In this document: positions 50,275 through 62,341 of the stretch, one piece after another | How positions within the stretch are numbered: the first letter of the stretch is position 1 | Layout of the letters: each line of letters opens with the position of its first letter | NCBI GenBank assembly: GCA_043228905.1 | Contig: JBHGNT010000003.1 | Coordinates: 21,018,001 to 21,082,000, forward strand | Source of the DNA: Azolla caroliniana | Lineage: Eukaryota; Plantae; Polypodiophyta | DNA length: 64,000 bases | Direction: 5' to 3' | Translations under genes and position numbers: made by a program | Notes under the pieces: model-generated | What the model saw: only the letters and a program-made list of their open reading frames with translations | Told to the model about the DNA's origin: nothing | The model's database searches: none

Positions 50275-52845
50275 AGCTAGCTAGCGAGCGAGCGATCGAG
50301 ATATGTACACAGCAGAGAAGAATCCTTTCAATCTTCCTTCCTGCTTTCCTTCCCCCTCTTCCTTTCCAAACGAACCTTCGCGCCAAATGGTTTGGTTTTG
50401 GTTTGGTTTTGGTTTGGTTTGGTTTGGTTTCAAAGCCAAGAAACCGGACCGAACCGAAACCGAAACCGAACCGGGCCCATCGCTACCTTTGCCTTCAGGC
50501 TGCATTCCTGTGTCTTCCTTCACCTTTTGAGTCTTATGTTATGTATGTATGTATTGTATGTACATATGTATCATATGTTATGCTCGTGACTAATTTGCCA
50601 CTAAAATCATAAATCGGACGGATGGTGCACGGCGTGTTTCGAATGGCCGGCGCATGCGATCTGCGTCGTCAGATCTTTGTCCACAAAAAAAGTGTGTGCC
50701 CCTTGTTAGTAACCCCGACCGGCTCTAACTGTAGCCTCTACCACCAGTAACCCGGGCTCTTTTTGCGCAGGCCGAGTAACCCGAAGAGGTTCAAGGCGCG
50801 TGCGAATCTGCACCGACAATAAATCTTTGTCTAGAAAAGCGCGTGTCTTGCTAGTGACCTGGCTCTAACTAGCCTCTACCACCAATAACCCAATTCTTAT
50901 ACATAACCTGAGTAACCTAGCTCTCTCCAGTAGCCCGCGTAACTTGGGTGATTGGACTAACTCAAAACCCAATTGAAAATTAGGATTTCACCGTACATAT
51001 ACACTTTGACAAATAGGATTTCACTTAGGATTTCAAATACACCATATACACTTCGGATTTCATCATATAAGCTTTGACATTTAGGATTTCAACATCTACA
51101 CTTTGACAATTAGGATTTCACTTCAGAATTCAAATACACCATATTTGCTTAGGATTTCACCATGTACACTTTGGCAATTACGATTATGTTCTAGTATGAG
51201 GTCCGCAAGCTCATTATTCTATGCGTTTGTAGCCTCCATGTTGTTTTCAACCTCCAACTTGGCGGATACGTTGCTTTTGATATCCCTTCCTACAAAAACC
51301 CTGCAACCATAACCACAATTAGCACACATGCACTACTATTATAGTCTCGTGTACATTGTTGAATAATGCATGGTGCCATACCTCCCTTCATCGGGGCTTC
51401 TTTCACCCCGATCATAATCAAATTCAAATAACTCTTTGGACCTGGCAACCATATATGCACGCAAGGCAGATTGAAAAATAATGACGAACTCCACCACAAT
51501 AATCTAAACCCTAATACCAACTTTCAAGAATGTTTTATCCATCCACAGTTTACCCAACTCAATATTTTCCTTTCACTCACAAAGCTGCAAGCATACCCAA
51601 ATAACATCACAAAACATGCGATCAAAAGCAGACAGATAACATATGTCAACAATCATCCAATGCATGCATTCACAAGATTCTAAAACCTAATACCACATAT
51701 GACGGTCCATTTTAGCCAACCCAACATTTTCTTTTCACTCACCAACATATACGCTTTTTTCAGAAACATCAAATGCATGCATCCAAAAGAATCTAAAACC
51801 TAATACCATAATTCGACAAACATTTTATCCATTTTCAAGAACATTTTCCGAACATTCACAAACATGTAGGCATGCCCATAAATCATTAAAAAAGTAGCAA
51901 ACAAATAAGAAACCATGCAAATATGCATGTGGTGTTGCAAGTGGTTTGAGTTCTTCCATCCTAAAACCCAACTGCAACAAGCATGTTGTTGTTTCAAAAA
52001 GTGGGGAAAATGACAAAACATCAAGGTTTTTGTCGACTACAATTAAACTTTTAGTCGAGCTATTGCAATGATCCAAGGTACTCCTTTGAGTCGTGCTACT
52101 GCACAATCAAGCTACTGCTTTGAGTCAGGTTACCATTTTGAGTCTAGCTACCATTTAGAGTCAAGGCTATTGTTGTGAGTTGGGCTACTGTGGATGAATC
52201 GGGCTACGAAAATAAGTTGGGCTAATGAGATGAGTCAAGTTGGGCTACTGATTTAAGCCGGGCAACTAAGATTGGAAAGGGACGAGTTACTCAGGCTGCC
52301 AAAAAAAAAAAGATTTTAGAATGGTGCACTTTTTCTTGGATAAAGAGATAAGATGGTGTAGATTGCACACACCCTCGGAAATGAACTCTCCACTGTTCAT
52401 GATTGTGGTTCCCTCGTTATGATTTTTGTTGCAAATAGACATGTCGATGTTATGAAAATACATACACACATAAATGATAAGACTAAGAAGACCACAACTC
52501 CGATTCTCACATAAAAATGATAAAATCTTTTCTTCTTCTTCTTTTTCCAAAAAAAAAACTCCTTACATTAGTTATAAAAAAAAATGTTAAAATCATTGGG
52601 CAAGGGCATGTCATGTGATAAAAATAATATTCATAAATGAGAGAAGGGCATTTGGTGGAATTTGACCAAACTACACACACAAAAGCGTGCCACTCTGCAA
52701 CTCTCACATAAAAATGTCTGCGAAGAGAAAGGCGCAGTCTTTTCTTCTTCTTCTTCCTTTTTGCCCTAAAAATTGATACGCACGCACAGAGCGACAGCCA
52801 GGAACAGGGCGGACACACAGACAAGGAACAGAGCTCCAGTTTCGG

Positions 52846-53060
52846 CCATGGATCACTCAGAGAATCTGTATCCGAAACTCATGTAGAAGAAGAGAAGCTC
52901 CCCCATACAGAGCTCGAGTCTCCACCATGGATCACTCAGAGAATCTGTATCAGAAGCTCATGTAGAAGAAGAGAAGCTCCCTCATACAGAGGTCGAGTCT
53001 CGACCATGGATCACTCAGAGAATCTGTATCAGAAGCTCATGTAGAAGAAGAGAAGCTCCC
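52846..53060 (+). repeat. 79-bp tandem triplication, each unit carrying a 12-codon uORF
   Basis: ATG..TAG at 52848-52886, 52927-52965 and 53006-53044 encode MDHSENLY(P/Q)KLM. A C-tract (53058-53080) follows and abuts the PPR ATG. Confidence 0.9.
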
Positions 53061-53080
53061 CCCTCCCCCCCCCCCCCCCC

Positions 53081-56038
53081 ATGACTCCCTCCTTAGGTTA
53101 TGGCAGACCCTGCTTCCTAAGAAGAAGTCAAACGTTTCTTCCTCCTCATTCTCTTTATCGCAGTTGGAACTCGGGAGAAGTGGCGGGCTCTTCTTGTTCC
53201 TTTCCAGAAAACCCGAATTCCCATCATCTCCTTAACAGAAGACAGGATTTAATGCATCGTGGAAAGGCGAAGAGTCTTGCGTTTCAAGAACTTTCTTCTT
53301 CTTCTGATTTCATATACGCTGGAAAAGAGAAGATTTTTGCGTTTCGAGCTTTTTCCTCACCTTCTTCTCCTTCAGGGTTAATGTATATCGGAAATGAGAA
53401 GCGTTTTGCTATTCGGGCCATTTCATGGATCTCTTCTTCTTCATCATCAGATTTAATATGTCATCGAATTGAGAGGCCTTTTGCTTTTCGAACTTCTCCT
53501 TCGTCATCTCTGGGTTCCATATATACTGGAATTGACAGACCTGATGCATTTCGAGCTTTTCCATCACCATCTTTGTGTTCAATATATCATGGAAAATATG
53601 AACCTTCAGCTTTTCGACCATTTTCGTCATCATCTTCAGGTTCAGTTTATACCAGAAAGGATGGGTCTTTTGCCTTTCGACCTTTTTCGACATCTTCTCC
53701 TTCAGATCAGGATTCAGTTCCCGAATGGATAGAAGAAGTTGTTCAGCTGAGTGAGCAAGGGGAAGTCTTAGATTCATACAAAGGCTACCGAGAAGCTATG
53801 CCAGGATTAGATGATTTTGTATATGTCGGGGAAAAGAAGAAGAAAGCTCTTACTGACGAGCAAATAGTAGAGAATATTTGCAATATTATTCGAAGATGGG
53901 GTTGGGGATCACTTGCTGAAAATGAGCTTGAGAACATGACATTTCGACCCACTTCTTATCATATCATCGAGGTTTTGAAACAATTCCGGGATTTGGATAT
54001 TTTGATGGGGTTTTTCCGATGGTCTCGAGGCCAAAAATGGTATTCCCCAAGTATTTCAGTATTCAATTTACTCATAGACAGAACAGGACTTAATAGAGAT
54101 TTTGATGGTGTTCTATGGCTGCAGAATACAATGAAAGAAGATAATTGTCCCCCCACTTCTGTCACTCTAAACATCCTTATAAAGTGCTATCTTCGAGCCT
54201 CGAAGCTTGAAGAAGCTCTCTCTTGCTTTGCAGAGAACACGAAATCAAAAGATCTTCAACCTGATATGATGACTTTCAACACTTTGATCGGATCGTGTGT
54301 TGATGGTGGGCTACATCAAAAAGCGATTGAAATCTTCAACACCATGGAAGAATTTGGATCAGTTCCTGAAAAACATGTGTACGAGACTATGATACCTGTA
54401 TTTGTGAAGGCAGGAAACCTGGAAAAGGCAGGCAAATTGTTTGAGGAAATGAGATCTAAAGGAAATCAAGGGAGTCTTTCTCTTTATGCATGTCTTATTG
54501 ATAGTCTTGGAAGGGCAGGAAGACTTGATTTTGCTATGAAGCTATTTAGTGAGATCAAAGATTTTGGAAAGACACCATCTGCTGGCATGCATGTGTCTCT
54601 TATAGAGTCATTTGCAAAGGCAGGGAAGCTTGAAATGGCTCTGAAAATCTTGGGATTAATGCAAAAGGCCGAACATATACCTACATCTTCAGTATTCACT
54701 TGTCTCATCGACGCCCATCTAAAAGCAAGGCAACTTGATAAGGCGATGCAATTGCTTGGGAATATGATGAAAATTGGACATTTGCCTAGTCGGGCACTTT
54801 ATTCATCTTTTATCGATGCTCATTTAAAAGCTAGAGAGCTTAATACGGCTATAAAGCTATTTGCTAGTATGCAAGATGCTGGGGTTTTGCCTACCCCTCC
54901 AGTTTGTACCGCTCTGGTACATTCTTCTGCCTTAACTGGTGATCTTCAAACTACAATGAAGCTTTTTCAAAGTATGCATAAGCTTGGATTTAGACATGGT
55001 GAAGGAACATATGCATTGGTCCTTCCTCTTCTCATGAAACAATCTCCACAAGATCATCTTATGAGCTTTATGCAAGAAATGAAGGCAAACCATTACCCTG
55101 TTGATGGCCTTGCAAGTAATGCTTTGATGGGTATATTGCTCGATGGTCATACGATTCCGGCATGCGAATGCTACAAAGTATTCATGTCTATGAGTGTTGA
55201 GATAAACTCCAGAGTGAGCCGGCATATAATGGAAGCATCGTTGAAAGATGGGCTTTATGATGTGGCAAATATGGCTGTGGAACGTTTAATGAAGTCCGGG
55301 TTCACAGCTGACCTTAGGATGTATACCCTCATTCTGAGTTGTTTCTCGAGATGTGAAGTGATGGATAAAGAAGCTTTGATTATGTCCATGTTGAGCTCGA
55401 CAAACCACAGTGCTCATAAGTTTTTATGTGGTTTGCTCACTAGTCCCGAGCAAAGGAATGATTCAGCGTTAAACTTTGTTAGATCATATTTTGAGAGTCT
55501 TGAGCATGAGGTGGATGAGAAGCTTGCTAGATGGTTCACATGTGTGCTTTTGAACTATCTTGTCCTAATGGGGCAAATCAAGCGTGCGCGATGCGTTTGG
55601 AAAGTCGCTTATGAAAAGAAACTCTTTCCTAATCGGATCTTATTTGATCAAGAGCTCGTGTGGTCGCTAGATGTCAGAGCTCTTTCTATAGGGGCTGCGT
55701 TGACCGCCATCGTGCATACATTGCATAGGTTTCGGAAACGTATGATTCATTACCACACAATACCAAGAAGAATTAAAATTGTTACAGGAAGCACTTTGAA
55801 TGATCCTATTCAAGATTTGCTTAAGCCATTAGATTCGCCTTTTGAGAATCATGGAGGAGCTCTTCGATGCCGAGGAGCATATGTTGCACAATGGTTTAAC
55901 AAGCCTATTGTCGAGAAATTCCTTGAAAACGAGTTACCTTCAAGAGATGAATTAGTAATGCAAAAAATCAACATGCTCTTTCCGAGGCCTAAACCTGAAC
56001 CATACATGTTAATTGTGAACTCGGCAACAAGTTTTTGA
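53081..56038 (+). CDS. EMB2217: P-class PPR protein with C-terminal SMR-like domain, EMB2217/At1g79490-like, probably mitochondrial
   Basis: Intronless 985-aa ORF with ~35-aa PPR repeats (e.g. YACLIDSLGRAGRLDFAMKLFSEI). Segments PEWIEEV..PGLDD..RRWGWG and WSLDVRALSIGAALTAIVHTLHRFRKRM..PRRIKIVTG match my recollection of At1g79490. Confidence 0.9.
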   Translation: MTPSLGYGRPCFLRRSQTFLPPHSLYRSWNSGEVAGSSCSFPENPNSHHLLNRRQDLMHRGKAKSLAFQELSSSSDFIYAGKEKIFAFRAFSSPSSPSGLMYIGNEKRFAIRAISWISSSSSSDLICHRIERPFAFRTSPSSSLGSIYTGIDRPDAFRAFPSPSLCSIYHGKYEPSAFRPFSSSSSGSVYTRKDGSFAFRPFSTSSPSDQDSVPEWIEEVVQLSEQGEVLDSYKGYREAMPGLDDFVYVGEKKKKALTDEQIVENICNIIRRWGWGSLAENELENMTFRPTSYHIIEVLKQFRDLDILMGFFRWSRGQKWYSPSISVFNLLIDRTGLNRDFDGVLWLQNTMKEDNCPPTSVTLNILIKCYLRASKLEEALSCFAENTKSKDLQPDMMTFNTLIGSCVDGGLHQKAIEIFNTMEEFGSVPEKHVYETMIPVFVKAGNLEKAGKLFEEMRSKGNQGSLSLYACLIDSLGRAGRLDFAMKLFSEIKDFGKTPSAGMHVSLIESFAKAGKLEMALKILGLMQKAEHIPTSSVFTCLIDAHLKARQLDKAMQLLGNMMKIGHLPSRALYSSFIDAHLKARELNTAIKLFASMQDAGVLPTPPVCTALVHSSALTGDLQTTMKLFQSMHKLGFRHGEGTYALVLPLLMKQSPQDHLMSFMQEMKANHYPVDGLASNALMGILLDGHTIPACECYKVFMSMSVEINSRVSRHIMEASLKDGLYDVANMAVERLMKSGFTADLRMYTLILSCFSRCEVMDKEALIMSMLSSTNHSAHKFLCGLLTSPEQRNDSALNFVRSYFESLEHEVDEKLARWFTCVLLNYLVLMGQIKRARCVWKVAYEKKLFPNRILFDQELVWSLDVRALSIGAALTAIVHTLHRFRKRMIHYHTIPRRIKIVTGSTLNDPIQDLLKPLDSPFENHGGALRCRGAYVAQWFNKPIVEKFLENELPSRDELVMQKINMLFPRPKPEPYMLIVNSATSF

Positions 56039-56507
56039 TATTTAATTCATTGTCACATGAGTTTATTTCTCTCAACGAGGTAAATGAAGACGTACTTTGT
56101 GAATAGTTGTTGCGGGGGTTTACTCTATTATCAAGCCTCTATGTCTTGCTTGAATCCTTGCGTAATTTGCTTGGCTCAAGCAAAAGTTTGGAAAACAATC
56201 CCCTAGTTTAGTGTAAGTTTCACTTGCAATACACAAAAATACAATTCAACATGTTTGATTGTATTAAGGTTTATTACTTTACTCAGTAAATTTATTTTTT
56301 GAACCAGGGATCCTATACCATTGGTACAAATGCTGAGAGTATATGTAAAATTTGTTACTTTGTTAGTAACAAATCCAATGGCAAATATACAGATGAAAAC
56401 TTTGTGGTAACAAAAGATGATGCTAGGTGCATGTATGTGGCATAGCATGGTGAAATAATTTTGTCGATTACATGATAAAGATGAAAGAGTCAAAAGAATT
56501 GTTGCCA

Positions 56508-56880
56508 GATTATTGGAACACTCTCAAGTACAACAGATGATGCACATGACTTTAATTTGTAGCTCTAAATATCCCTCACAAGTACATTGTTGTTGTCTTC
56601 CCACATTGCACCGAGAACATTTTATTCCTTTATCATGGTTGATAGCTCCCTTTGTATTGAGTTTCGACACAACTTCTCTTAGGTCAAGTAGTGTAATATA
56701 GTGCAACTCCTAAATGGATTATTGGAATATCCTCTCAAGTACAATATAGCCAAGGCACATGACATTAATTTATGCTCTAAATATCATTTTCAAGTACATT
56801 ATTGTTGTCATCCCACTTTGCGGTTGAGGACATTTGATTACCTTGTTGTAGCTAATAGCTCCCCTTGTATTTGAGTGTTG
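56508..56880. repeat. Diverged tandem duplication, ~210-bp period
   Basis: gattattggaa..ctctcaagtacaa..gcacatgac..gctctaaatatc..caagtacatt..atagctccc occurs near 56508 and 56718. Confidence 0.75.
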
Positions 56881-58273
56881 TTTTTGCATGAGCATGACAT
56901 GACTTCTATTAGGTCAATGTAGGCCTAGTGTAGCAAAGGTTTCAATGCAAATTATGCCAAATCTCATATTTGCACATTGGATGGACAATAAAGAACATCC
57001 AAGCACACTCTTTAAGGAGTTTGACGACATAAAAAACACAATCAAAGGTCATTTGAGTACCAACAATAGAAGAAACCATCATAACTTCAATGCCACATAT
57101 AATACCTATTATTGTGGAACCCCTACACATGCAATACACTAACACAATTAGCAACAATGTCTATATCAACAACTTCCACGCATCATATCCCTACCCTAAG
57201 AAGGTGGAGTTTGTTCAACCAAATGTCATCACAAGATAAACAATCACACCAATAACAATTCCCAGTTATGAGAACCTTAGAGCAGTGCGATATACTTAGA
57301 GAAGGTACAACATCTAGATTATCTCAACTCTAAGTGTTTGTTGTCTATTCAATAACAAGTGATCAGATGATAGTCTATGCAAAATGGGAACTTGACTATC
57401 CTCAAAGTTGGTAGGCATATCTCATAACACATTCCTTGGGGGCATCTAACCTTGGAACATATACTAATTTAATGAACTTCATATTTATAACCACATTAAT
57501 GGTTGTTTTGAGACCCCATATGGCTTATAATTTGTTATCTAAATATGCTCTAATTTCAACCTTAGAAATCTTCCTGTAACCTTATCGATGCTTTTAACCT
57601 ATCCATTTGCTTGTGGATGGTAATGCACTATAATATTTTGTGGACTAGCATGTGTTTTGGTTACCTCTGCACTAACATAACCATAATTTTGCACAAAAAA
57701 TTGGCTATACTTTCAACTTTAATATTTTTTAGAGTCACATACCCATGTTGTTGGGACGATGATACACCTACAACATGTTTTGCTTCTTTAAGTTTGATTG
57801 GGTTAACATCTCCAATTCCCTTCTAAAAGGAATGTAATTGTATAATTGGGTGATTCCCCATTTTGCCATATGAACCAAGTTGTCCCAATCTATGGGACTT
57901 GATACATCCTTGGCATATTAGTGAGAATGTTTTAGGATTGTTGGCCACATAGGCCCACATCATGATCTCTTTTTGTCACACTTTCCATGTCTCTCAAAAA
58001 GTGACCTCACAATGTCACACTTCATTTCTTCGAGAATTCTTTCTTGTTCTTCAACCACTATATATTTTTTTGTAATTTAAACTATGCCTCCTCTCTACAA
58101 ATGGTTTGCCATCACAATGAATGGTAGACCAATACCCAAATCTGATAAAGAATAAAGCAACAATAATGCAAACACGATATGTACAACAATACCATGAAGG
58201 GCACACCTACAAAGATCAATTAGAATTGGCGTTCAACTGGAAGGATAGCCAATGCTTGATTGAAGGTGAAAAG

Positions 58274-58493
58274 GAATGATGAAATGTCCATTGCCATTAA
58301 AGACATGATAGAGTGGGAAAACTCAAGGAAGAATTGGTACTAGTATTGGCTTGAGAATCAAAGATGCTAAATAAACCACCAACGAATGATGAAATGTCCA
58401 TTGCCATTAAAGACATGATAGAGTGGGAAAACTCAAGGAAGAATTGGTACTAGTATTGGCTTGAGAATCAAAGATGCTAAATAAACCACCAAC
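58274..58493. repeat. Perfect tandem duplication, 2 x 110 bp
   Basis: gaatgatgaaatgtccattgcc..ctaaataaaccaccaac at 58274 and 58384, identical by eye. Confidence 0.92.
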
Positions 58494-61400
58494 CCCCCCC
58501 CCCACATGCAGTGTGAGAAGAGTCTCTTTCTTGGTAGCGCATGTGGAATGATAAAGCAAAAGTATTTTTCGAAACATTCTAAATGAAACCATGACTTTCC
58601 TGCTATTACGTGTGGATTAATTAAGAAAGAAGACATTCTCTAACATTTTAGGGGATCCACATCTATGCCCAAGATTGACGCAACCTAATTGCTCGATACA
58701 ATATTCTCCATATTGAAAAAGTTAATACTAGAAGGTTACAAGTTACAACTCACAAACAATAGGAAAAATAATGGTTAAAATTTTGACATTTTTTATTGAA
58801 GATATTATCACTACAATCACAATGTCATGATGGTGTACAAATAAATGGGGAAACCTTTTTTGGAAAAATAAAAAATAAAAAAATAAATGGGGAAACCGAA
58901 CAATAACGATTCGCTATGGGCATTGAATTGGAATGCTTGAGAGAAGCCTAAAGGCACAATGTAATAACTACTTGTTTCCTAGAAATGGAGGTTAAATAAT
59001 TAGGCAAAAGGATCTTGAACATTTTTCATAGACTCATCCCTTTCGTACCTAATGTTTGTGGGATAACTAGGCAATACGTGTGACAACCATATACAGACGA
59101 TATCATATATTGTTGTCAAGTCAAGAGGCCAAAAGAAAAGCACCGTATGGTAAGTGGGGGAACAAAGACGAGACAGATGTATGTGTTTGGGTGTGCGTGT
59201 GTGTGGTTAAGGAAGATGATAAAGAATCAAAACCATCATTGGAATATAAAATGTGCAATGATACAAACTACAATTCTACTTTTATATATTCAAACTTTTT
59301 GTGGTGTCACAATGTTTTGGAATGGTTAATAATAGTCTGACACATGGATAGTGTTTCAAAAGAGTTAACCCTAGTTTCTTTGCTTGCCAACTCACTTCAT
59401 TTGCTTTATATAAATAAATGGGGAAACGTGATATAACACAATTGTGAAGGGGATCATTGATGATGGTGGTTTCTTGTCCATTTCCCTCCCATTTACGTAG
59501 GTCTTCCAAGGTTATTCTACCCTTGATAATGAAAAGGAAATCCACCTTAATGCACATGAAACTAGATGAAATAATCTCCACCTTCCCTTGCCCTTCAATA
59601 CACAAAAGTGCAAAACAATGGGGTGGTACTTACTCAAACATGCACCCAAGATAGGTTGTTTAGGATTGAATGGGCATATTTTGCCATCAACTTTGGCACA
59701 TGTTGGCATTGAGTTCAATATTCTAGTCTTCATGAAGCATCCATGTCATGTGAACACAACCTATGAAATGCAAATTTGTATGTCATATGCTAATGACCTC
59801 TAGGTTTAAGAACTATTTTTCTTCGAATAACGTTTATTTATCCCCCAATCTCCCATTCATCGTTGTCTTTGTGGTACAATGTATCCACAACTCTCTTTAT
59901 TTCTTCTATGACATGCTTATGTCTCCACGTATCATCATTCTCTAGAATCAACAATCTCAATATCACATCAAATTTCTAATCATTTAAGGTTGTCGTCAAA
60001 GTTTGTCTCCAAGTGTCTTTGCCTTATACCCTTGGGCCTCTCTCATCATATTTCTTCTAGAGATGGTGATAATGTTCCCTCCTTGTTTCATGCCTGGTCT
60101 TTCTTCGTTATTCTTTTAATGAAAATACAATCATCTCACTTCATGAGTCATGATTTAATCATGTTATTATATATTGCATTATGATTTTTTTCATGGGGAA
60201 CAATTGTTTCCTTCATTCATGTGAATATTCATGATTGTTTAGCATGGCATGTACATCATTATCCTTGATAACAAAGTGTCACAACCATAACATCACTCAC
60301 ATATACCACCACAATGCTTCTTATTTCCCAATATTACGTCTTAATAATATTGGAATTCCAATTGGAAAACTTAAAATTTGTTTCTCTCAACAATATTTAT
60401 GAGTTAATAATTCTTACCCAATCTAAACCTCAAAATTTTCCTTCAACCTTATTACAATATCAAGAGGAAAGAAAATGGTTGTAGGAAATCCAAAGTATCC
60501 ATTCTAGGTAATTCGATGAGCACATTAGCGCAAGGATATTTTAATCATAAAATCACTCATCCACAAAATGAGTATATTAATATGCCACCACATCAATAAC
60601 TTTTAGGACGTGGAAGAATTTGCTAACAAACTCACCACTTATTGATATACATCACCTCATAATCGACCATAAGTATTACTAGACAACTCTATGATATGAA
60701 ATGATTCAGACTTCAATATTTTGAATTGCAACTTTCGTAGCATACCAACTTGGTTTAACTAAGATTCTAGTAGATTACATGACAACATCTTTGTGTTCAC
60801 ATCAGGTGGTCGCTTTGTGGATTCTCATACATTAGCGCTTCGTTGAAAACCTACAAAATTTATGATGCTAACATATGGACCCAACCAATGATCAAGTACA
60901 CAATACATGTCATCGGTAATATGTAGTGCAAAATTAAAGCTTGATCAAGGAAAAATCAACATCTTGAGGCATGTGGCTTGCATATAAGAGAGAATAAAAA
61001 CATATATGCAAACTTAATAAAGCAACTAAAACATCCAAATTTTAAGCATCGCACCTGGGGTATGAATGTGACATGGAGGAAGGAAAAAAACTTAGGGTAG
61101 GTTCTCGTGGATGGTTGGCCCCACAATAGGTTAAACCACGAGATAATTTCTAAATTTAAAAAAAACAATGAATTCAAGCTCGTTCAAATTCAATAAAAGT
61201 TAAAAAATATGCGTAATTATATCAAGTTGGTATGTTAGTGTTGTTGGAGGTGGGAACCAGTAGAGAAAAATAATAGTATGATTCTTATAATCTTGTCTCA
61301 TCCCTTATTTGTTTTTTTTCCTTTTATTTAACTCCATCTTTCTCTCGAATTATGAGGATAGTTGATAATATAGTCTATTAGGTTGTAAGCAGGGGTTTAC

Positions 61401-62167
61401 CATTTGAATGTTCCCTAAACACCTAAAAATCTACAAAACTTACATGATATCCAGTATTGGGCAAAGTTGATCAAACAAAAAATAGAGATGACCACAAAGA
61501 AGTCAACACCAATAGCAAGTATGGGATATAACATCATTTTGGCAATCTTTGGATGGTATGTGTTATGATCCCTCAAATCTATGCATCCCATTGTTGATGA
61601 CAAACCATATATGATGCTTGTGTCTCCTTTTTATTTCTCTTTGAAACTTCTTTAGTTATCATTTTCGATGGCCAAGGAGATATAGAAAACCCACATATAT
61701 AATTCAAGATGAGTATTGGATATACCAAAGATGTTTCCATGTGAAGATAATAAGAGGTGGAAGTTTCGTCTCAGTGGACAAGGGTAAATATAACTTCTGT
61801 CGGAATTAAGAGAGAGCGAAGTAGGTTCACGTACTACTGTGCAAAGAGAGGCGCAAAATTCCAATCGCAATCACATACATACATCCTCAAGATTACGATT
61901 GATTTCATGATCAATGGGTGAAGCAAATGCATTACGTCTGGGGTTCTTCTGATGCAACTAACGACATGTTCCAATCATGACAAGCCCTAGACCCTGCTGC
62001 TGCACCCGTGGTACAATAATCATTGTTGCCCTAAACCCTAAATGAATACAGAGGTATGCTATTTTACCATACTCGAATGGTATAAACATTCGCGAATGCG
62101 AATGTACGTATGACACGTATGGTTCATACTATGGTCCACACAGAGAAGAGGGACTGTGAGACACAGC

Positions 62168-62211
<44 letters not shown>
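62168..62211. repeat. (AG)n microsatellite in a putative promoter/5'UTR
   Basis: Perfect dinucleotide run followed by CCT, CTG and CTT repeats. Confidence 0.95.
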
Positions 62212-62212
<1 letters not shown>

Positions 62213-62308
62213 GCAGGCACTGCTATTTCTCCTCCTCCTCCTACGGACCTCCTCTTTCTGCTGCTGCTGCTGCTGCCGTGTCTACTTCTTCTTCTCCTTC
62301 TTCTGGCC

Positions 62309-62341
62309 ATGGATCCTGAGCTTCCAGCTTCTTCTTTCAAG
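62309..62341 (+). CDS. Probable first coding exon (MDPELPASSFK) of a gene extending beyond the window; product unknown
   Basis: gccATGG start context, strong donor AAG|GTAAGA, CT-rich leader, GA repeat and telo-box AAACCCTAA (62033-62041) upstream. No downstream exon identified. Confidence 0.5.

Noticed and set aside
56900-61900. Scattered short ORFs
   Set aside because: No motifs recognised; probably decayed TE sequence that I cannot classify by eye.
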